In this document: positions 25,223 through 37,910 of the stretch, one piece after another
Layout of the letters: each line of letters begins with the position of its first letter
Position numbering within the stretch: position 1 is the stretch's first letter
DNA from: Lingula anatina
Lineage: Eukaryota; Animalia; Brachiopoda
Assembly: GCA_051362555.1 (NCBI GenBank)
Contig: CM120644.1
Span: 504,954-568,953 of the forward strand
DNA length: 64,000 nucleotides
Direction of reading: 5' to 3'
The notes under the pieces: model-generated
What the model was told of the DNA's origin: nothing
Database searches by the model: none
What the model saw: only the letters and a program-made list of their open reading frames with translations
Position numbers and translations under genes: made by a program

Positions 25223-26787
25223 CATTTTGGAATCCCCGCTGTATGAATTAGGCCTGGGTAGGGTCCGGAGTGCACTCATCTGAAAGAAAAAAATTGTTTC
25301 CTTTATTATCATAATATTAAACACGCACTCAAATTTCAGATCTTCATTTATTCAGATTATTGTCTTTTTTAATTCTATAACTTGCTGTTCAACTTACTAG
25401 ACGAATTTTTTTAGAATTTTGTTACCGTCCTTTGATGTATGAGTTGCCTTTTGTTTGGTCTGCGCCTTGGAATCTTTGCATTCATCGTGGCGTTGATAAT
25501 ATGGCACCCTCCCTGTTCAGTGTCTGCACATATCAGAGAGTAATATGACCATGTAGTTTCAATGCAATGAAAACCCTAAATTGGATAAACTTCTATATAT
25601 TAATTGGTTCTTCGGGCAAGGATGGGGTTGAATCCGCCATGATGTTTTATAATTGATACGCCGGTTGTTTTGGGGCCTTTATTTCCTCCAGCCACCTGTT
25701 GAACATCCCACATGTTCACCAACCTCCCCCACCCCCACCCCCCCACCCCCACCCCCACCCTGTGTGTACCGTTCAGTCCCCGCATAGATTGGCCTATTAT
25801 TTTTACGGTCATTTGTGGTACATATATATAAATCATGTACACACATACAGGTCCTTGGCTGTGTCACTGTTGGGTTGGTAAGCACCGGTAGATTTCCGTA
25901 CGACCGCTTACCTTCCCCGGCACTCCTATTACGCCATATTCTGGTATCTTTTGTTTTTAAGGCATTCGATCCTTAACTTTAACTCTCTGAGTAAAATTAA
26001 CTCACACTTACCAATATGGCTCCTCGTGCTGTGACCTCATCAATTTCTGGGTTTACTGATATGTCAGACTACGTAATACCCAACTAACTAACTTTGAATT
26101 TAGGTTTTATCTTATCAATTATAACGATTCAATACAGGTTTAATGCTATGGCAGATAACAATACAATACTCCACTGTCACTAACTTACCTTGATTTTAGT
26201 ATTACATGTAGTGACAACACTTGGGCTGGGCCCCGATATATACTGGCAAAATTAAATGTACATATGAACCGAGTGTTGGTGGAGCGTTGATTCCCAGTAA
26301 CACATATAAACCACTTCTACTAGTTTCTTCCACGACTCAAATAAATTAGACATGCCAAGTGATAAACTGAATAAATCACCTGACCAGCCACAAAAGAGCT
26401 TTAGACTGCTCCTTTCTTTAAATTTTTTGTTCAGAAATTTAACCTACTTATCTGGCCTACTTTTCTGCCCCATTAATATACAGCATAGAAAGCTGGCATA
26501 AAAATACGTTCAAATATCATTTTAGGGTAATATTAAACAATGTCTTTTGGTAATTCTCTTAGTTATACCCCTTGCAACTATTGGCGGGCCTCTGGTTGGC
26601 GTTTGAGACAAAAAGTTGACTCCATTTACATCTTTAAGAAACACAATTCTTTTTAAATTTATGGTTTAAATTTACTGCTTATACAATATTGTTATAGAAG
26701 TAATATTATATTGTTCAGTTACATGTGTGTCCTCCCCTGGTTGTAATACAGACTAGTACCTTCCTCCTCATGGACAATATATGTACC

Positions 26788-27053
26788 CAGTGGCGGATTT
26801 AGGGGGTGTCAGGGGGGTCCTGACCCTCCACCCCCCTCGATTTTTGAAAGAAAATCACACTAATGGTCCCCTCTCGAAATTAGAATTTTGACTATAATAT
26901 TTCTAAACCGTACAAAATGGCACCGTTCGCCCTATAAAATATCAAAAAATTTGGGGGCCCTACACCGAGCCCCAAACCCCACGCCAAAGGGGGGAGGGGG
27001 TGTCGGCTTCGCATCTGCAGATCCCCCTTCAAATAATCTTGGATCCGCCCCTG
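26788..27053. mobile_element. hAT-like MITE, inverted paralog of 3618-3888
   Basis: cagtggcggat...atccgcccctg with flanks tatgtacc / catgtacc. Confidence 0.75.
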
Positions 27054-28154
27054 CATGTACCACACCTGGAATGCGGACCTGGGGCATCCTTCTCCACTCT
27101 TCAGATTTCAAGCAATCACCATGAGTTCTGCCTTGGAAGTGCCACTTGTACCCGCCCAAACCTTAACACTTAACCTACCAAATCGGTCATGCTCACCATT
27201 TCGTATGTAAACGAGAACCATCCTGTCCGAATGAGACAATCAAAACCGGCGTAATGAAACTAAGGATCCGTGTGACAGAAAGTCCGCCTTCCATATAGTT
27301 ATAATGGTTAGGGTTAGCTTCACCTAAGTGAGTTAAAAGCTAGGGCGAGCCTTACCTGTACAAATGAATGGGAAGCGGACTCTCTATCATGGGGGACTCT
27401 CTGTCAGGTTACACAGGGACGCGTCAGTGAACAAAACCGTTGTAGCTCGACAAAGAGTCCCCCATGATAGAGAGACCGCTTCCCATCCAAGTCTTCCCAA
27501 GTCTGCATAAGAACACGTATTCTTTTACTGGTCCGAATAAAAATTCCAATAAGACTGGATATTTCCCCCCCAAAAAAATTAAAAACACTTTTATTCCTTT
27601 CTCTTTATTAAACCATTAGTGGTCTGAGTTTTACTTTTCAAACTCATTTTGGCCTTTATTGTATTTAATTATCATTACTCCATCCTCTTTTACACTAACT
27701 TTCAGAAGCCTGTGCAAAAATATATGTTTATTTTATTTATTTCTTTTTTATTTCATTAAGTTCTTTTCGCCTATCCTATATTATATTTCAATATTTTAAT
27801 TTGTAAATTTGTAAATTTTATTCTCACTCCATTTTATGTATAACTTCAACCTTTTGGTTGCCATGTCTTAATAAACTTACTTACTTACAATTGCATAAAT
27901 ATTAATGAAAATAACACCTTGGTTGATTTATTTATTTATTTATTGTTTTAGAACCAAAATGTAACAGTTACATTTCAGAAAACATTAAATCAAATAGAAA
28001 GTTCTTTTGAAAATTTATTTAAAAATCTTATGGTCAAGTTGGGCATTAATTTCACACTTTCTAAAATACTGTTCCAAACGGAATTTTCCTGGCCTCCGGA
28101 AGGGTAATAGTGGCTTACCCCACAGATTGGTATAGTGTACTTAAGTCAACGATC

Positions 28155-29357
28155 TCAGAGGATCGTACTCCAATAATTAAGTGTTCGTGTTATAAACTGC
28201 AGATCATCAGGGGGTTTGCATGTACCGTACCAACTACGTATATCCTTGGCGCTGTAGGATTTCACTGGTTCTGTTGGAGAGTGAAGCTTGGCACAAATAT
28301 CACAGTAACCACGAATCCAAGAAGAGACTTGAATGCCCGCCTTTAATTGCAACAATTTGGCATATTCAACGTCGTCTTTATCTAGTTCTTTCAGTCTGTG
28401 TGCCAGCTCTTTGGGAGACTTAAAGTCGTGTGTGTCTATGTGCCAGGATGAAGGGATGCCAAGACGCGTGTAGTTGGCACCTGAACGTGTGACAGGGATA
28501 ACGTCAAATGGGAGGATTTTATATAATTTTTCTGTGACATAATCCGTGGCAAAACTATTTTCAAAAGACAGATAAAATTTGTACGTTTTGTTATACATAT
28601 CCCTACATTTATCTTCCCTGTCCCGTCCACATTTGAATGGCCCGCAACCACCATATATATCCACGCTCATATATTTCTGTAATTCCCTCACGTATTCCAT
28701 ACGGCGGCTTTGAGAATTACAATTGCTGACTGCCCAGGCCGCTAATTTAGTTTTGCTCCTGGCAACTGATAGATAGTCCCTTTTCTTGGTTTCATCGTGT
28801 TTTTTGTCGAGGAGAGGAAATCCGTATGGACTGTAGATGTCGCTGTCCATCCTGTAAGTCATCGTCCAGTTGAACGTCCAATCGCTGGCTATGTTCGATT
28901 TACACGGACTCTCGTGATTGGTCCATATCCACCTTGTTTTGGGGTTCCGTTTTACCGGTTTTTTACCTAACGCAGGACCCATGAAAATGATGGCATCGGC
29001 ATCATAGGCAGCACTCTTATCCTCCGTCACCTTACAGTTACCCACGGGGCACTTCAAATCCTCAAATGAGGAGTGAAAACTTTTCAACCTTAAATAGCGA
29101 AACCCACTGGAAATCCAATACAAAATAAGTTTAGCGTCCGTTGGTGCATCTGAAATGCTCGTTGCATTCATTGAAAGTGTTGGGCGTTTCTGAAATCTGC
29201 TTTTGTTATGATTTCTGTAATTTGGCTGTGGTAAGATAAACCTTGACAAAGTTACGGTTTTATAGGTTTCTGTTAACAGAAGCATCCCAAAGAGGATTGC
29301 GAACAAAATGATTGTAATCAAGCCGTTTTGTAATACTATCTTCAAATTAATTGTCAT
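28155..29357 (-). CDS. Alpha-1,3-fucosyltransferase, GT10 (copy 3)
   Basis: 400-aa ORF with TM anchor and YKFYLSFENSFATDYVTEK. Confidence 0.95.
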   Translation of the reverse strand: MTINLKIVLQNGLITIILFAILFGMLLLTETYKTVTLSRFILPQPNYRNHNKSRFQKRPTLSMNATSISDAPTDAKLILYWISSGFRYLRLKSFHSSFEDLKCPVGNCKVTEDKSAAYDADAIIFMGPALGKKPVKRNPKTRWIWTNHESPCKSNIASDWTFNWTMTYRMDSDIYSPYGFPLLDKKHDETKKRDYLSVARSKTKLAAWAVSNCNSQSRRMEYVRELQKYMSVDIYGGCGPFKCGRDREDKCRDMYNKTYKFYLSFENSFATDYVTEKLYKILPFDVIPVTRSGANYTRLGIPSSWHIDTHDFKSPKELAHRLKELDKDDVEYAKLLQLKAGIQVSSWIRGYCDICAKLHSPTEPVKSYSAKDIRSWYGTCKPPDDLQFITRTLNYWSTIL

Positions 29358-29659
29358 GGCTGGACAGAAGAAGATCTACGTAGGTAAAGTATGATATATG
29401 CCGCAAATCCCTCGGTTGTTTGTTGTTCCACACTGTCTTCCCATTAATTGTCATGGCTGGACAGGGCAAGGGCTGCAGAACTTCCAGGATGCGGCAAATG
29501 CTCCAGTTGTTTGACTTTGTAAGGGGTATTTTCATTTCTTGGAGGTTTCCTTTTAAACAAATGCAATGCCTGATAAAAGGTACTCACAGAAATTGCTTAA
29601 ATAAAACTAATGTTTAACGAAACAAATCTAAGACTGAACTGAGATCTCTTCTTTAAAGT

Positions 29660-30598
29660 CCTTTATCCAAATAGACGACAGGCTTTTATATAAATCCGTC
29701 TTGACGAAGATGTCCAACTTTCCTAATAGATGACAGGCTTTTATATAAATCCTTCTTGACGAAGATGTCATACTATCCAAATAGACAGACGACAGTCTTT
29801 TATATAAATCCTTCTTGACGAAGATGTCCAACTTTCCTAATAGATGACAGGCTTTTATATAAATCCTTTTTGACGAAGATGTCCAACTATCCAAACAGAC
29901 GGCAGTCTTTTATATAAATCCTTCTTGACGAAGATGTCCAACTATCCAAACAGACGACAGTCTTTTATATAAATCCTTCTTGACGAAGATGTCCAACTTT
30001 CCTAATAGATGACAGGCTTTTATATAAATCCTTTTTGACGAAGATGTCCAACTATCCAAACAGACGGCAGGCTTTTATATAAATCCGTCTTGACGAAGAT
30101 GTCCAACTATCCAAATAGACGACAGGCTTTTATATAAATCTTTCTTGACGAAGATGTCCAACTATCCAAATAGACGACAGTCTTTTATATAAATCCTTCT
30201 TGACGAAGATGTCCAACTTTCCTAATAGATGACAGGCTTTTATATAAATCCTTTTTGACGAAGATGTCCAACTATCCAAACAGACGGCAGGCTTTTATAT
30301 AAATCCTTCTTGACGAAGATGTCCAACTATCCAAACAGACGACAGGCTTTTACTGTATATAAATCTTTCTTGACGAAGATGTCCAACTTTCTTAATAGAT
30401 GACAGGCTTTTATATAAATCCTTCTTGACGAAGGTGTGCAACCAAGGAGTTATAACAGAAGGTCTGTTATAACTCCTTGGTGCAACTATCCAAACAGACG
30501 ACAGACTTTTATATAAATCCTTCTTGACGAAGATGTCCAACTATCCAAATAGACGACAGGCTTTTTGATCCTCCTTTTTTGACAAATATGTCCAACTA
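29660..30598 (-). repeat. 55-bp tandem array (~16-17 units) in FucT copy 3 leader
   Basis: Unit aaatccttcttgacgaagatgtccaactatccaaatagacgacaggcttttatat, with starts at 29971, 30026, 30081. Two interspersed variants (ctatccaaa / ctttcctaa). Confidence 0.97.
30443..30479. mobile_element. 37-bp hairpin insertion (P-element-like micro-MITE)
   Basis: caaggagttataacaga-agg-tctgttataactccttg flanked by the 7-bp direct repeat gtgcaac (30436-30442, 30480-30486). Confidence 0.75.
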
Positions 30599-30752
30599 CA
30601 TTTTTCAAATTACTCTGTATGAATTACATGTAGGCCTTAGAAGGTCTTGGAGTGCACTCATCTGAAAATAAAGAACAAAGTTACCCTCATATTTTATCAT
30701 CGTTCAATTAAAAAGGCACACCAGTTTTCAATCTATTTTACTGGTGTCCAGT

Positions 30753-30793
<41 letters not shown>

Positions 30794-31999
30794 TTAACTG
30801 AGCACAAAATGTTTCATATGAAGGCTCCTTCTACTTCAATAAAAATACAGTGTTTCATAACATACATTATCACCCCCTTCACCCCCGGCCAATTTGGATT
30901 TTCGCCAAAAACAGGACTTTGGAGAAACTTTTTTGGGGTATATTGGGGCTGCAGAGCAGCAATATGTGGAACAGCCACAGCGATAATATCGTGTTCATAT
31001 ACTGTAGGTAGACCCGACTACTTCGGATAAGAATAGCTGTGAATGCCCATGCTCATCCCTGAAGACAGGTTTATCGACCCCCATAAAAATGTTGTATTTT
31101 AAACTATATTGGTCATATTTTGATATTGACCATGGCATTTCGGCATGCTCTTGACCTCTGATAACTTCTAAACTTTTTTCAAATGAATATTCATGCCTTT
31201 GAATATTAGAAATAATACCTCTCACTAGTTTTTAAGTTACGCAGTTTTCATATTATATTCACTTAAACACCCCCTGCATTGGCGGCCATTTTGGAGATTG
31301 TGGCACTTTGCCATGGTTGGATTCTGGTGGAAAATGAACTGGGATATATTGGTCCATAGCTGAACCACATTCAGTTGAGAAACCCTTGTTAAAATTTCTT
31401 TCCAACCTAAGTTGTTCATTTACTGGGCTAGCTGGTAATTTTTAGTCTCTTCTAATTCCATTATGAAGGAGGAGCACAGTGGACCCGGAACAGCCACTAA
31501 ACATATCACGTAATTAAATACCTCTAGCATCGTGCCTCTTGTGTAAATATCTGTATTATTTTTAATAAATAAACACAGCTTAATGCTGTTCAAGCCACCA
31601 CACATACCTACACAACACAAGCAATACAACACAAAATAGTACGTTTATCACACACCACATCCATTGATTCAAGTACACGCAGCATACGCACACAGCAACC
31701 CAGTATTCACTTAATCGAAACCTACTCACCTTGACTTACACGCCCTTGATTTTAATTAAAACACAAACCCTCACAGAAACAAAATCATCACATAAGAAGC
31801 CACACATAGATCGCCGGTGTGACAGAAATGGTAGGCTACTTCTAGGAAGTCTGGTGTCCCATATGATTACCACTGTTTAGGATTAGTTGGACTATCAGGG
31901 TTAGTATATGGGGCACATGTCAACTGTACAGAGTAACGTGGAACGGAGTAGGTTCCGAGCGGACTACCATTCCTGTCACACCGGGAAGACAAAAAAGTA

Positions 32000-32243
32000 C
32001 ACACACTGGACAATAGAAGTGTCACCCCTATTGAACCAATACTTTGGGGGAGATAAATGACTGTGGAATGATATGCTCCTGGTATCATTTTATTAACATC
32101 AAATTTCACAAAAAGACCAGTAATACAATTCCATGGTACATGTACAGCGGTTTTATACTCATTAGTCTCATTATATGTAGACCAGGCGTTATAACTTTGA
32201 TTACTCTGATTCAGGTGGTGACACTTCTATTGTCCAGTGTGTG
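32000..32243. mobile_element. Tc1/mariner-type MITE
   Basis: Perfect 27-bp TIR cacacactggacaatagaagtgtcacc with TA at 31998-31999 and 32244-32245. Confidence 0.85.
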
Positions 32244-33867
32244 TACGTGTAAATGTTATCTGTGACAGCCATGTTGTTTTCATATTACTTACAGGTAATA
32301 GAGAAGGAGAAGCCGCACTAACCTAAAAAAGCATGCACCTTAACTTGCAGTTTTGAACCCATACTGTACATATACAGATGGCTGCCATAGTGTTAACGAA
32401 CTTGAAACCCCCGGATTTAAAAATAATGTATAAAGGACCCTGGGCCAGAAGACGGCCTCCGTCCACCCCTTGCAGGTGTCGAACTTACCCACAATTCTTC
32501 CGATTGCCAAAAAATACTATACCTGCTCAGGTAAGTTGGGGTCCAACTTATTCCCTCCTAATGTCGTCTCACTGGGACTTCAATTGCTTGCTATGTACCG
32601 CCAGATCAATGACAGCCAAAAATAGTTCTGTTGGACGAAAGTCTCCCTTACAAAGCAGTAGATTGAATAGCAGCTGTTTATTTGCCCTCGCAATAGAAAA
32701 GGGTATGTTTTGCTGTGTGCGGGACACACAATGAAAACATGAATACAATAGCGTTGCACGACAAGGTTATTTTTCAGTGACCCGAATTGTGCACGCTGGC
32801 TCCACAAGGTGTCGCATGTGTAGACCGAGCATTTCAATGGAAAAAGATACTTCCAAATATTTGTCCATAACTGGCATTATTTTTCATTTTATTCGCAAAT
32901 TCGATAGTTACAGCAATGGTCAGTAAGCATTGCGTTTATGGCACATGCAAAATTGTCTCTAGACACACTAACAATCCACTAATAAATAAATGAACAAACA
33001 GATCTGCAGATATGCAAGCCGTGGGTTCGGTTATGTTGAATACTTATAGGGAGAAGTTTAATATAGAAAAAGTTTCCAAGGACACTCGTATGTGTACTAA
33101 ACATTTTATGCGAGGATACGAACCCATCCATCTTATAATGGTATGGACGATCATTTGCAACTTATTATGAAGATGCATATTAGGGAACTAAGAAGTATTT
33201 GGTCCAAGCTTTCAAAAAGGAAATTCAGCGGGAAGCTGTTTATTATTGATCAACAGTTACAAATGTACTAGTAATTGACATTTGACGAGTTATTACTATT
33301 ATCATTGCTATTTTTATTCATTATTAATTGTTATCGAGCGGAAAGGTTAATAAGTAGTTGGATAACATTTTATCAATGTTGTTGAGCACAAGCTAAAGTT
33401 TTCCTCGGTAGCTTTTGGCAAGCCTGATCGAAGGCCACCAGACTGATCTAACAGTAGGCCTACGTGTTATCACCCACTAACCGCAAGGTGGAATTGTTGT
33501 CCTTCAAAAACACGTTGTCTAAATACATGTAGTTTCAAGGAGCCAGGGAAATGCCATTGTCACAATAATAAAAGTACATTCTATTCTTCTGCCCGAGTTT
33601 TTGTGATTTTACCAACTACGCCAAATTTCAGAAACTTATCGGGTCAGAAGTGAATTATCAGATTAAGATCTGACACTGAGTGCGATGAACAGGCCACTGA
33701 TCATCTTGTTGTTATCTTTACCCATCAGCTGGTGAGATTGGTTTGACCATACCTATCTTGCTCCTCTGTTTTACCTTGAGAGGCGTTTTGCTCTTTTCCC
33801 AAATGTTTGATTTCATTCTCTGCATTGCACCTTTGTTGATTGCTGAAGTATCTCTGCTTTTCAAATA

Positions 33868-33985
33868 AGTATTGTTACTTTGTAAGAAAGTGCTCGTAAT
33901 ATGATTACTTTGTATCTAACGATCGTAATATTGTTATTTTGTAACAACTGCCAGTAATATGATAACTTTGTAAAAAAACTGCTCT
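33868..33985 (-). repeat. Degenerate 30-bp repeat (~4 units) 3' of FucT copy 4
   Basis: Reverse complement reads gagcagtttttttacaaagttatcatatta..., the same unit as 9751-10900. Confidence 0.7.
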
Positions 33986-34024
33986 GTTAGCCGGTGATAA
34001 TTTAATCTTCAAATTATAAAGTAA

Positions 34025-35203
34025 TCATTTTATAAACTTCAGATCATCAGGGGGTTTGCATGTACCGTACCAACTACGTATATCCTGGGCGCTGTAGGAT
34101 TTCACTGGTTCCGTTGGAGAGTGAAGCTTGGCACAAATATTACAATAAGCACGAATCCAATAAGAAACTTGAATGCCCGCCTTTAATTGCAACAATTTGG
34201 CATATTCAACGTCGTATTTATCTAGTTCTTTCAGCCTGTGTGCCAGCTCTTTGGGAGACTTAAAGTCGTGTGTGTCTATGTGCCAGGACGGAGGGATGCC
34301 AAGACGCGAGTAGTTGGCACCTGAACGTGTGACCGGGATAACGTCCAATGGAAGGATTTTATAGAATTTTTCTGTGATATAATCCGTAGCAAAACTATTT
34401 TCAAAAGAAAGATAAAATTTGTACGTTTTGTTATACATATCCCTACATTTATTGTCCCTGTTGAGTCCACATTTGAATGACCCGCAACCCCCATAAATGT
34501 CCACGTTCATATATTTCTGTAATTCCTTCACATATTGCATACGTCGACATTCAGCATTACAATTGCTGACTGCCCAGGCCGCTAATTTAGTTTTGCTCCT
34601 GGCAACTGATAGGTAGTCCCTTTTCTTGGCTTCATCGTGGTTTTTGTCAAGGAGGGGAAATCCGTATGGACTGTAGATGTCGCTGTCCTTCCTGTGAGTC
34701 ATCGTCCAGTTAAACGTCCAATCACTGTATAACTTCGAGTGACATGGACTCTCGTGATTGGTCCATATCCAGCGCGTTTTGGGATTCCGTTTTTCTGGTT
34801 TTTTACCTAACGCCGGACCCATGAAAATGATGGCATCGGCATCATAGGCAGCACTCTTATCCTCCGTCACCTTACAGTTACCCACGGGACACTTCAAACC
34901 TTCAAATGAGGTGTGATAGTTTTTCAACCCCAAGTAGTCAAAAGCATTAGAATTGGGAATCCAATATAAAATAAGTTTAACATCCTTTGATGCATCCGAA
35001 ATGCTCGCTGCACTCAGTGGATGTGTTCGACGCTCCTGAAATCCGCGCTTGTGAAGATTTTTGTATTTTGGTGATGGTATTATAAACTTTGGCACACTTA
35101 CGGTTTTATATATCTCTGTTAAGAACAGCAGTCCGAACAGGAGTGCGGACACGATGACTGTACCAAGAACGATGTGCACATGTAGCAACACGTTCATTGT
35201 CAT
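34025..35203 (-). CDS. Alpha-1,3-fucosyltransferase, GT10 (copy 4)
   Basis: 392-aa ORF with TM anchor and FENSFATDYITEK. Confidence 0.95.
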   Translation of the reverse strand: MTMNVLLHVHIVLGTVIVSALLFGLLFLTEIYKTVSVPKFIIPSPKYKNLHKRGFQERRTHPLSAASISDASKDVKLILYWIPNSNAFDYLGLKNYHTSFEGLKCPVGNCKVTEDKSAAYDADAIIFMGPALGKKPEKRNPKTRWIWTNHESPCHSKLYSDWTFNWTMTHRKDSDIYSPYGFPLLDKNHDEAKKRDYLSVARSKTKLAAWAVSNCNAECRRMQYVKELQKYMNVDIYGGCGSFKCGLNRDNKCRDMYNKTYKFYLSFENSFATDYITEKFYKILPLDVIPVTRSGANYSRLGIPPSWHIDTHDFKSPKELAHRLKELDKYDVEYAKLLQLKAGIQVSYWIRAYCNICAKLHSPTEPVKSYSAQDIRSWYGTCKPPDDLKFIK

Positions 35204-35239
35204 GGTTAGTCAGGACAAGATTTACAGATTTACGAAACA

Positions 35240-35490
35240 GATGGCAGGCTTTTATACAGGGGTAGAAATCCTTCTTGGCGAAGTTATCAAACTATCCAAG
35301 ATGACAGGCTTTTATATAAATCCTTCTTGACGAAGATATCCAACTATCCAAGATGACAGGCTTTTATATAAATCCTTCTTGACGAAGATATCCAACTATC
35401 CAAAATTACAGGCTTTTATGTAAATCCTTTTAACCAAGACGTCCAACGCGCCAAAGAGACAAAGGCTTTTCTATAAATCCTTCTTAAAGT
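35240..35490 (-). repeat. ~54-bp leader repeat (~4-5 units)
   Basis: aaatccttcttgacgaagatatccaactatccaagatgacaggcttttat units. Confidence 0.85.
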
Positions 35491-36699
35491 GGATGTTAAC
35501 AAATCCTGCTATTAGGTCTAGGAAGGTGTCAGAGTACACTCATCTGAAAGTCAAAAACAAAAGATGTCACCTTAATATCTTATTACCACGCAATTAAATG
35601 GCACGCCAATGCTCAAAAACTTTTTGAAAAAACGTACGTGTGAATGATTTGATGCATCCAGTCGGTTTGGTATGTGAACCAGAAAGGTTAATCCTACTAA
35701 TGGACATACCTAATTTCTCAGCGCACCTGCGCTGTGGCCGACTCTCTCTGCTGCTTTTGTAGTAAATAATTATTACTCATTCTAATCACTTTGTGATGTC
35801 CATGGTCATCAGTATGGTCATCAATAACCAATAACCAAATTACTAAGAGTTGAACGTACATGTACTACCAGCTGACTTGCGGGTGCATGGACTAATGCGC
35901 TGAAATGACCATAAACAGCAATTTCAAAAAAATTAAAGATCATTATAGAAATGATCTTAAAATGGACTGGCCCTGCTTTTAAGATCAAACCAATCTGACA
36001 GGTATTGGTCCAGCAATCCTCCGATCTCCCACAATGGGGTTACCTGTCTTCACAATGGGAGAACGTTACTAAAGTCAGACCAGTTATAGCGTTACTCATT
36101 GATTAAAACCATGTTAGATCATTTGTGATCTGAAATTGCTGTTGATAATCAATTCAGGCGCACTAACGATGTTTCCCAAAATTAACCAATAGTATGGCAA
36201 GATAGATCGCTAATATATATATATCCCATTTTGATTATTTGTTTGTGAAAGCTGTCCATATTACCCTTACTTTGTGAACTGAACACCCTGTTACTTTGGA
36301 GGGCTAGGCTTGATCAAGTCTGTGTCAAAATTCTTTGAGGTTTGCAGAAAATGTCTCCCTTTGTTTCTCTGGCTCCTAATTTAGCCCAATGTCTATATTT
36401 TTTATCTAGTCCCAGGGGCGGATTTAGAGGGGATCCAGGGGGGGCTTACTCCCCCCCCCCCCCCCCCCCCACCTTCGGTTTCTGAAACAATCACACTAAT
36501 ATTCCCCTCCTAAAAAGTCTTTAGCGGGCACCAAAACCCACCACAAGGGGGCCGAGGGGCGGCTTCGAATGCAAGGCATGTCATTCGTAAATAACACTGA
36601 CACCCCCCCCCCCTCATATCCTGGATTTGCACCTTTCATACCACCTGTATATCGCAGATAAAAATGTGTCTTTTTTATAGAATTATTTGTCAAACAGCT

Positions 36700-36851
36700 A
36701 TACCCTTGTACGCGGGTTCGAATCCTAGAGTGTTTAATGCAGTAATTTTGCTAGATATAATTTCTGATAATTGCATTTTTTTACTAGAAGTAAAACGTAT
36801 ATTAGGTGGGAAGGTGGGTGAGACACATCGCTGTCGTTGGCGTGCGCGGCT

Positions 36852-36898
<47 letters not shown>

Positions 36899-37910
36899 CC
36901 GTCATCAAGTCACGAGTTCGAGTCCCTGATAATAACGCATGTCATTTCGTTACAGCAACGACCTGACCCTGCAATCGGGAAGTAACGGGAAAAAAAGCCG
37001 GTATAGTTTAGAATAAGTGAATAAGTCGATTTGACAAAAACTTATTGCTGTTCTTTATCTTAAATTCTTCCTTTCTCTTCACTTTTAAAGGCTTTAAAAT
37101 GATGCTCAGGCGGGGATGACCATAGTTCTCTATCATTTACCATCTACGCCACAGATCAAACTTGAATGCAGTCAATAGCTAATCTGGCATGGCGTACCGC
37201 CCTTTCAACAAAAAGTGCTCGTGCACATGATGAACTATAACTTAAACATGATACCAAGTTCGCAGACTGGCGATGCGCGGTATGAAATACATATGCACGG
37301 CTCACGGCCTATTGATTGTTATAGCAGATATATACATGTACAGCCAAACTGGCCCTCTCTGTAAGAAAGGAGAAAGTTTCTATTTGTCCCGAACCCTATC
37401 AATGAAGCCTGTGTGGCTACGTGGTAACGCCGTCGTCTTGGACACAGTCAGACTATTTTACGCAGGTTCGAATCCCTAGATGTTCAATGAGATATTTTTA
37501 CTCAAAATAATTTCTAATAATTACGTCTGGTTATTATAAGATGAAACTCGTTTGTTTTGAGGTTGGGCGGTTCAGTCACGGCGCAATCGGTAGCAAAAAA
37601 TGCCAAGCCATCAACAAACCATGGTAACGGCAAGTCACGAGTTTAAGTCACAGACGACGCATGTCAAGAAAGAGCTGGCCCCGCAATCGAAAACGAATGC
37701 AGGCTCTCGTGTTTCTGAGCAAATTGCCTTTTGCATAAAAATCTGGTATAGTTTAGAATTAGTGATCGATTTTGACAACAACTTATTGCTCGTCATTATC
37801 ATAACGTCTGCGTCTTCATTTATATTTCTTTTCTCTTTGCTTTAAAGTCTTTAAAATGATACTTATGCGGGGATGGTCAGTGATCTCTATCCTTTACCAA
37901 CTACCCAACG
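36700..37910 (+). mobile_element. Two tandem copies of a tRNA-derived (SINE-like) element
   Basis: ~36705-37150 and ~37455-37905 align (ggttcgaatcc B-box; gtcacgagtt; ggtatagtttagaat; aaaatgat...gcggggatg). A-box-like tggctacgtgg at ~37413. Confidence 0.45.

Noticed and set aside
29628-30598. CRISPR-like array or coding ORFs in the 55-bp repeat
   Set aside because: No spacers; the unit is not a multiple of 3 and frames close quickly.
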